Assembly (NCBI GenBank): GCA_040222015.1
Contig: JAVJWO010000079.1
Span: forward strand, 1 to 11,279
Length of the DNA: 11,279 bases
DNA from: Coleofasciculus chthonoplastes F2-STO-03
Lineage (GTDB): Bacteria; Cyanobacteriota; Cyanobacteriia; Cyanobacteriales; Coleofasciculaceae
Reading direction: 5' to 3'
In this document: positions 6,403-11,279 of the stretch, piece by piece
Numbering within the stretch: the first letter of the stretch is position 1
Layout: every line of letters starts with the position of its first letter
The notes under the pieces: model-generated
The model's database searches: none
What the model saw: only the letters and a program-made list of their open reading frames with translations
Told to the model about the DNA's origin: nothing
Made by a program: the position numbers and the translations under genes

Positions 6403-9039
6403 ATGACGCTTGATCGAGAACTCGCCAATGACTACCTTTATTTTTTAGCCGAAGAACTGGCGGCTGAGGCTTATAAGTCGGACAGCATTATTCCCTTAGA
6501 GAAAAAACTGATTATCAGGGAGCAACATAACTTCATCTTATCGGGGTCTGACCGAATTTTAGATGCTGTCCCCGAAAAAGAAGACCTTGATCTCGCCTTC
6601 TTTGCCACTCCTGACATCCTGGAAACGGTTCTCAAACCCGGAACGCCGTCTGGGGCGATAATTTTGCATACTCTCTTCTCCCAAATTGGGAATAGCCGTC
6701 TACTCGAAGAGGTTTCTTCTGATCAATTTGAAATTATCGGCACTCCTGAATCATTAGGGCGAGGGGGTAGCTTAGTTGTGCATAAGCAGTACGACTCACA
6801 ACAGCAAACCTTTTTTATTCAGTGGCAGGTAAAGGGCATACATTATGATCAAGCCGCTTCAACCACAACCGCTGATATTTTTATCGATATCGCAGAGGAT
6901 CAACAGTCGGTTCACAAACAGGTTAAATACTTGATATCAAGCATAAATATGCCGATTCAGCAGCATATTTATACTAATTTGCCGGAAAAATCCAGCCTGC
7001 ACCAGCAGAATCCCTATCATCTGTTGGTACTTCATCATCGCACCCATGAAGTGGTGATGACGTTACAAACCCTAGAGGCATTAGGATTTACCATTGATGC
7101 CTTTATTGGCATTCCCTATGGTGAAAGCAATTGGCCCACCATGAGAATGTTAGATTATGTGTCGAGTCAAAGCTATCGATGTTTACGCATGATTCAACAT
7201 CCGATTGAACCGACGCAATACCGATTTGACTTTAAGCAATCCTCTTTTCTTTTGAGTGCTGATGAAGCGTTATTTACCGACTTATATAACGACTCGAACG
7301 TGAATCGGGACTATATGAGTGCAATGACAACCTTAGTGGAAACCGAACTGGTTCGCAGTGTTCAACGATGTCTCCAAGAAAAGACCAAATTTTTGATTTA
7401 TGAAGATGGCGGATATGCCATCCCTCTGATTTATCAAATTTATAACGATTCCAGCCATCCTTGGCATTCCCTGTTCAAACAAGCTGTGGATGAAACGATA
7501 ATAGTTGGTGCCGTTGAAGTGACAGGGGCTGGAGAACGCAGAGACTTGGCAGCAATTGAATCGAATCAAGGAAAAGCCTTGCTGCCGGTACTCTCAACCG
7601 CACGGGATGACATCAAAACTATTTTTGAGGCAAAAGGAGTTTCACAAGCAATTATTGACTCCACGTCAACGGCATTAGGTCGATTAGGATTGCCCACATT
7701 TGAAACCCGTAAAGTGGCAGTTATTGGTGGCAATGGGGCAATCGGTACTCGACTGGTTGAAGAACTTACCGAAATGCAGAATAGCACCAGTAATGTGTTT
7801 GCCATAGATATTGTCGATCACGCCTTTTATCGAGAAATTGACAGCGAAAGGTTTCCCTATGCAGCCATAAAAGTTGATTACTTAAACTTGGGTCGATATG
7901 TTGTCGAAGACAACTGTTTACCTGTGATTATCGATTTGTCGTTTGGCAATCGTAGTCTGCACCTATACAACCAGACGCTGGAGAAATCCGTGCGCGAGTT
8001 CTTTTCGCCCTCTTCCCCCTACGCCTCCTTTACGGAATTAGTCTTTACCAATTCTTTCCCACATCCAGACATTTCCTTGGAGATGCTATGGCAAGAACTG
8101 GACAGATTGAATCAGTTATGGGATTCTATCAGACAGGAGTCTGGGTATGTGGCAGAGAAAATGGAATTCTTGCCCAATGGACAAGGGATGATTCAATTCT
8201 TTAGTAACGGCAATTTATCCAAAAAAGTCACGTTATTAGTCTCAGAACAGGTACTCTCGTTCAAAAAAGTGACGCGCCTGATTCAGAACCATGTTGATAC
8301 CATAATTGGCATGACGGGGCTACCTGTATTCGATGAGTATGACATCAATGCCTTTTTAACCCGAAATAACAATGAAAATCCGGTTGATGAACTTGTCCTG
8401 GTTAGTGGTTCATCCAAGGATTATGAATTTAAAAAAGCCATTGCTTTTCTGGATGAATTGTTAGCGGTTCTTTCCGAAAAGACGATAGATATTCAGCAAC
8501 AGTTGACCGGGTATACGAGGTGTTATGAACAACAGATGTGCTTTATCGCCGACGATGACATGGATATGATCCGTCAAGTTTTGGCTTCTGGGAAAACACC
8601 TGATGCCCTCGTTGCCCAACTTAAACAATATCCTGAATTGCTCAAGATTAGTGGATTGAAAGATGCCCAGCCTGATACCTGGGCGTCTGGTTTCGCGGCA
8701 TGGATTCGGGGTAAGATTAAAAGCAGTCTTTCCATTCGTAAATCGATTCACCAGGATATTGGTACAATCTATCATATTCAGTTTAACGGGCAGTCGAAAC
8801 GATTAGTCCTGTTAGCCGATGGCTTTGTGATCAACTTTTTTGCCAAGCATGAGAAAGGCGTAAAAACTGAATATATTGATCCCATTGTCACGATGCAACT
8901 GCTAGGATTAGTGAAACTGGCGACGACGGAAAAAGCAATAGAACCCGGGGTTTATCGCATGGCGCAACAGATCAAAACTGAGGATATCAATCTGTTTTGG
9001 CAGGCACTTGATGATAAGAGCCGCCCGATACAATTTTAG
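6403..9039 (+). CDS. Highly divergent, enlarged S-adenosylhomocysteine hydrolase (AHCY/SahH)-like NAD-dependent protein, 878 aa
   Basis: AHCY-like motifs occur in the correct order: NMP..; LLVLHHRTHEVVMTLQTLEALG; FLIYEDGGY; IVGAVEVTGAG; LPVLSTARDDIKTIFE; Rossmann KVAVIGGNGAIG..VFAID; VDTIIGMTG; LVSGSSKDYEF; KRLVLLADGFVINF; Q..GLV.L..IEPGVYRM. Confidence 0.85.
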   Translation: MTLDRELANDYLYFLAEELAAEAYKSDSIIPLEKKLIIREQHNFILSGSDRILDAVPEKEDLDLAFFATPDILETVLKPGTPSGAIILHTLFSQIGNSRLLEEVSSDQFEIIGTPESLGRGGSLVVHKQYDSQQQTFFIQWQVKGIHYDQAASTTTADIFIDIAEDQQSVHKQVKYLISSINMPIQQHIYTNLPEKSSLHQQNPYHLLVLHHRTHEVVMTLQTLEALGFTIDAFIGIPYGESNWPTMRMLDYVSSQSYRCLRMIQHPIEPTQYRFDFKQSSFLLSADEALFTDLYNDSNVNRDYMSAMTTLVETELVRSVQRCLQEKTKFLIYEDGGYAIPLIYQIYNDSSHPWHSLFKQAVDETIIVGAVEVTGAGERRDLAAIESNQGKALLPVLSTARDDIKTIFEAKGVSQAIIDSTSTALGRLGLPTFETRKVAVIGGNGAIGTRLVEELTEMQNSTSNVFAIDIVDHAFYREIDSERFPYAAIKVDYLNLGRYVVEDNCLPVIIDLSFGNRSLHLYNQTLEKSVREFFSPSSPYASFTELVFTNSFPHPDISLEMLWQELDRLNQLWDSIRQESGYVAEKMEFLPNGQGMIQFFSNGNLSKKVTLLVSEQVLSFKKVTRLIQNHVDTIIGMTGLPVFDEYDINAFLTRNNNENPVDELVLVSGSSKDYEFKKAIAFLDELLAVLSEKTIDIQQQLTGYTRCYEQQMCFIADDDMDMIRQVLASGKTPDALVAQLKQYPELLKISGLKDAQPDTWASGFAAWIRGKIKSSLSIRKSIHQDIGTIYHIQFNGQSKRLVLLADGFVINFFAKHEKGVKTEYIDPIVTMQLLGLVKLATTEKAIEPGVYRMAQQIKTEDINLFWQALDDKSRPIQF

Positions 9040-9043
9040 CCTC

Positions 9044-9118
9044 GTAGGTTGGGTTAAGGAACGAAACCCAACAGGCTAACGATGGTGTTGGGTTTCGCTT
9101 TCGCTCTACCCAACCTAC
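9044..9118. repeat. REP doublet (REPIN-like): two inverted GTAGGTTGGGT...ACCCAAC units
   Basis: Unit 1 spans 9044-9072 and unit 2 (reverse) spans 9087-9118. Each is a hairpin and the pair forms a long imperfect stem. It starts 5 nt after the AHCY-like stop codon. Confidence 0.9.
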
Positions 9119-9135
9119 TTACTACTTGCTACATT

Positions 9136-9163
9136 TTGAAGTTCGGAGTCTGGGATGTATAAT
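9136..9163 (+). promoter_or_regulatory. Putative sigma70-type promoter for the SRPBCC gene
   Basis: TTGAAG (9136-9141), 16-nt spacer, perfect TATAAT (9158-9163), about 75 nt upstream of the ATG at 9239. Confidence 0.5.
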
Positions 9164-9238
9164 AGGGCAACGAGTAGCTGAAACATAGATTCTGTCTAAT
9201 CAGCTCTTGGATAATAGAGTAGAGGGAAAATTGACATA

Positions 9239-9676
9239 ATGGTTAGAGTGTTTACAAGTTCTGTTATCAATGCTCCTATTGATAACGTATGGATGAAGAT
9301 CAGAGATTTTAATGCTCTGCCTAACTGGCATCCAGCTATTGCTAACAGTTTCATAGAAGATGGTGAGCCCAGCGATAAAGTTAACTGTATTCGTCATTTC
9401 AATCTCAAAGAAGGGGGTACTATTCGCGAAAAGCTATTGGCTCTCAGCGACTTAGATTATTTATTCTCCTACTCAATTCTAGAATCACCCATGCCCTTAA
9501 AGAACTATGTGGCAACATTGACGCTTAAACCAATCACAGATGGAGATTTAACTTATGCTGAATGGACAGCCCTATTTGACTGTGATATCCAAGCCTCAAA
9601 GAATCTGGTTAAATTAATAGGTGATGGTGTTTTTTCGACAGGTTTCAACTCATTGAACCAGATATTTAGGGAATAG
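9239..9676 (+). CDS. SRPBCC/START superfamily protein (Polyketide_cyc2, MxaD-like)
   Basis: 145 aa with SSVINAPIDNVWMKIRDFNALPNWHP, IREKLLALSD, YSILESPMPLKNYVATLTL and a C-terminal helix GVFSTGFNSL. AGAGGG RBS-like sequence upstream. Confidence 0.93.
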   Translation: MVRVFTSSVINAPIDNVWMKIRDFNALPNWHPAIANSFIEDGEPSDKVNCIRHFNLKEGGTIREKLLALSDLDYLFSYSILESPMPLKNYVATLTLKPITDGDLTYAEWTALFDCDIQASKNLVKLIGDGVFSTGFNSLNQIFRE

Positions 9677-9820
9677 GGAGAATTGCTAACATAAGAGATG
9701 CACGGGATGGGAGCGAGAGGCTAAAACTCGATAAACTAGAAGAAGTGTAAAGTGACGCAAGGCGGTTACAAGGCGGATTTTGGATCAAGGGTTTTGATGA
9801 TGCCAAAATGCTCAGGCATT

Positions 9821-9838
9821 GCATTGCCGTGCCCCTAC
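9821..9838. repeat. Right-half remnant of a GTAGGGGCACGGCA..TGCCGTGCCCCTAC palindrome
   Basis: GCATTGCCGTGCCCCTAC matches the right half of the palindrome that is interrupted at 10459-10934. Confidence 0.7.
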
Positions 9839-9870
9839 AGATAAAATTATGATTTCTAAGGAGAAACTCT

Positions 9871-10380
9871 ATGTCAACCAAAAACGCTAGCTATTGGATT
9901 GAAAAGCTTGGACTTGAAAAACATCCAGAAGGAGGGTACTACAAGGAGACTTATCGTTGTGAGCAAGAAATACCTCACGAAAATCTACCCAAACGATTTG
10001 AAGACTCTCGGAATTCTGCAACCGCCATCTATTTTTTATTAGAGGGAACGGATTTTTCAGCGCTGCATCGCCTCGATTCCGATGAGTTATGGCATTTTTA
10101 TGCCGGGAGTTCACTAACGGTTCATGTGATTGAGGAATCGGGAAACTATTGTCCGATCAAGTTAGGTGATAATTTTGACGAGGGTGAGGTGTTTCAAGCC
10201 TTAGTCAAAGCGGGATGTTGGTTTGGCTCGACGGTGAATGATCCGCAATCTTATGCACTGGTGGGGTGTACAGTACATCCCGGTTTTGATTTTAATGATT
10301 TTGAGTTGGCTAAACGAGAGGAGTTAACTAAGCTTTATCCTCAACATCAGTCTCTGATTGAGAAAATGACACGAATTTGA
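9871..10380 (+). CDS. Cupin domain protein, Cupin_5/DUF985 family (YML079W/Cff1-like)
   Basis: 169 aa with LGLEKHPEGGYYKETYR, TAIYFLL, SALHRLDSDELWHFYAG, FQALVKAGCWFG and YALVGCTVHPGFDFNDFELA. AAGGAG RBS upstream. Confidence 0.95.
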   Translation: MSTKNASYWIEKLGLEKHPEGGYYKETYRCEQEIPHENLPKRFEDSRNSATAIYFLLEGTDFSALHRLDSDELWHFYAGSSLTVHVIEESGNYCPIKLGDNFDEGEVFQALVKAGCWFGSTVNDPQSYALVGCTVHPGFDFNDFELAKREELTKLYPQHQSLIEKMTRI

Positions 10381-10476
10381 TAATTTTAGAGGCTACAAAT
10401 TATCTAGATTCTCAGACTCTTCCGAAATAGGGAGTTGTTTTGATTTAGCCACATCGGTTAGGGACACGGCATTGCC

Positions 10477-10915
10477 CATTGGTGTCAACTTAAGGTAAAA
10501 AGCTCTTAGAGCGGGGGGTGTAGGGCTTACAGGTGTAGGTTTTTTATTTTATGGTTGGGACTAGACTTGGAGGACAAGGATGGAAAGAAGACAAGGGGGA
10601 AAAACCGTACAAAATTAGGTTCGGTCAAACTCACTTCTAAAAGCCGAAACGCCCGATTTTTCGTTCTCACTCTTCCTTGTCTACGGTCGCTGAGCGAAGT
10701 CGAAGTGATGGTCTACCTGTCTCCCTTGTCTTACCTCAACCCCAATCTTAAAAAACCTACCCTTATGAGGGGGTGTAGGGGCGGGTTTTACAGATAACTT
10801 ATGGCACCCAACTGATAACTTGAATAAACCCGCCCTTTACAAGAACCAAGGGAGCAGAAACCCCGTAGCTGAAAATTAGAATGGGTAAGGGTTATGGCTT
10901 AAGTTGACACGGGTG
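10477..10915. mobile_element. Non-autonomous MITE or IS remnant (439 bp) with 18-bp terminal inverted repeats and 9-bp target duplication, inserted in a REP-like palindrome
   Basis: Left end CATTGGTGTCAACTTAAG (10477-10494) and right end CTTAAGTTGACACGGGTG (10898-10915) match at 15/18 positions. Flanks are GGCATTGCC (10468-10476) and GGCGTTGCC (10916-10924). No transposase ORF inside. Confidence 0.8.
10775..10840. repeat. GTAG-type REP-like inverted repeat, same family as 100-165, nested inside the MITE
   Basis: GTAGGGGCGGGTTT (10775-10788) ... AAACCCGCCCTTTAC (10826-10840) with a 37-nt spacer. Confidence 0.9.
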
Positions 10916-11068
10916 GGCGTTGCCGTGCCCCTACCCACCATATCCCCTAAGGTTTCCAACTCTCACAGGAAAAACGTGATTGGGTACAAGAGTAACAACG
11001 ATGGAAAATACTCCAAGTATACAGACAACAAAATAAGAGCAGCAGAAGTATTCCAGGTTATTCTATGT

Positions 11069-11098
11069 TGTAGAGACGTTGCATGCAACGTCTCTACA
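11069..11098. repeat. Second copy of the perfect palindrome TGTAGAGACGTTGCATGCAACGTCTCTACA
   Basis: Identical to 4521-4550 and located 20 nt downstream of the EF-hand gene stop codon. Confidence 0.95.
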
Positions 11099-11118
11099 CC
11101 CCTTATTCAGAGCCTAAT

Positions 11119-11279
11119 TTAGTAAGGACCAAAGAACCAGTTTCCAGGTGCCTGTGGATCATCACTCGCATGGAATTGTCGCAGTAATTCGACTACTTCT
11201 TCTTTGGATAGATGACCGTCGCCATTTAAATCTAACTTAGGAAAGATTTCCTCCGCTACATCTTCAGAAAGGTGCCAAC
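11119..11279 (-). CDS. EF-hand calcium-binding protein (calerythrin/bacterial calmodulin-like), 3' end only
   Basis: Manual translation: ...WHLSEDVAEEIFPKLDLNGDGHLSKEEVVELLRQFHASDDPQAPGNWFFGPY*. Canonical EF-hand loop DLNGDGHLSKEE and a calerythrin-like tail DDP.APGNWFFGP. Not in the ORF track because its start is outside the window. Confidence 0.92.
   Translation of the reverse strand, partial: WHLSEDVAEEIFPKLDLNGDGHLSKEEVVELLRQFHASDDPQAPGNWFFGPY

Noticed and set aside
7825..8730. Inteins as the explanation for the two insertions
   Set aside because: I see no Cys/Ser-initiated block A, no terminal His-Asn followed by Cys/Ser/Thr, and no LAGLIDADG motifs at the inferred boundaries.
7333..8775. 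Minus-strand ORFs 7333-7569, 7566-7805 and 8461-8775
   Set aside because: They are antisense to the long AHCY-like CDS and show no motifs.
6403..9039. Assigning the symbol ahcY/sahH
   Set aside because: Several conserved catalytic-site residues are substituted and the protein is about twice normal length, so orthology and activity are unproven.
9231..9240. TTGACATAAT as a promoter
   Set aside because: The -35-like and -10-like words are fused with no spacer and overlap the start codon, so this is probably chance.
9200..10114. Minus-strand ORFs 9200-9397, 9666-9881 and 9887-10114
   Set aside because: They are shadow or intergenic ORFs overlapping well-supported plus-strand genes, with no recognisable features.
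6403..10380. Anti-phage defence system
   Set aside because: No nuclease, NTPase, TIR/SIR2, methylase or known defence neighbour is recognisable. It cannot be excluded, but nothing here supports it.
10555..11122. ORFs 10555-10797 and 10904-11122 as transposase or cargo genes
   Set aside because: They run through repeat elements (e.g. CRDVACNVST is the translated palindrome) and show no DDE or HUH motifs.

Overview
Chromosomal window from a filamentous cyanobacterium, inferred from HIP1 octamers, a CAAATGA heptamer array, GTAG-type palindromic repeats and a cyanobacterial-type GlgB. The left half looks like ordinary host genome: an SCP2-like ORF, a small membrane protein, glgB (minus strand), a conserved hypothetical protein and a secreted two-domain protein. 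Two gene fragments follow (PAS/PAC and a truncated DUF985 cupin). The right half is accessory-looking. Its core is an 878-aa protein carrying the whole ordered motif series of S-adenosylhomocysteine hydrolase (AHCY/SahH), but with a remodelled active site, an N-terminal extension of about 180 aa and two large insertions in the NAD-binding domain. It is followed by an SRPBCC/START-like protein and an intact DUF985 cupin. This group is the best candidate for an undescribed system; a nucleoside or ribose-tailoring role is my inference. The right end holds a 439-bp non-autonomous element with 18-bp terminal inverted repeats, inserted into the centre of a REP-like palindrome with a 9-bp target duplication. 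It also holds the 3' end of an EF-hand protein gene that the ORF track missed. All family calls come from reading motifs by eye; no database search was run.
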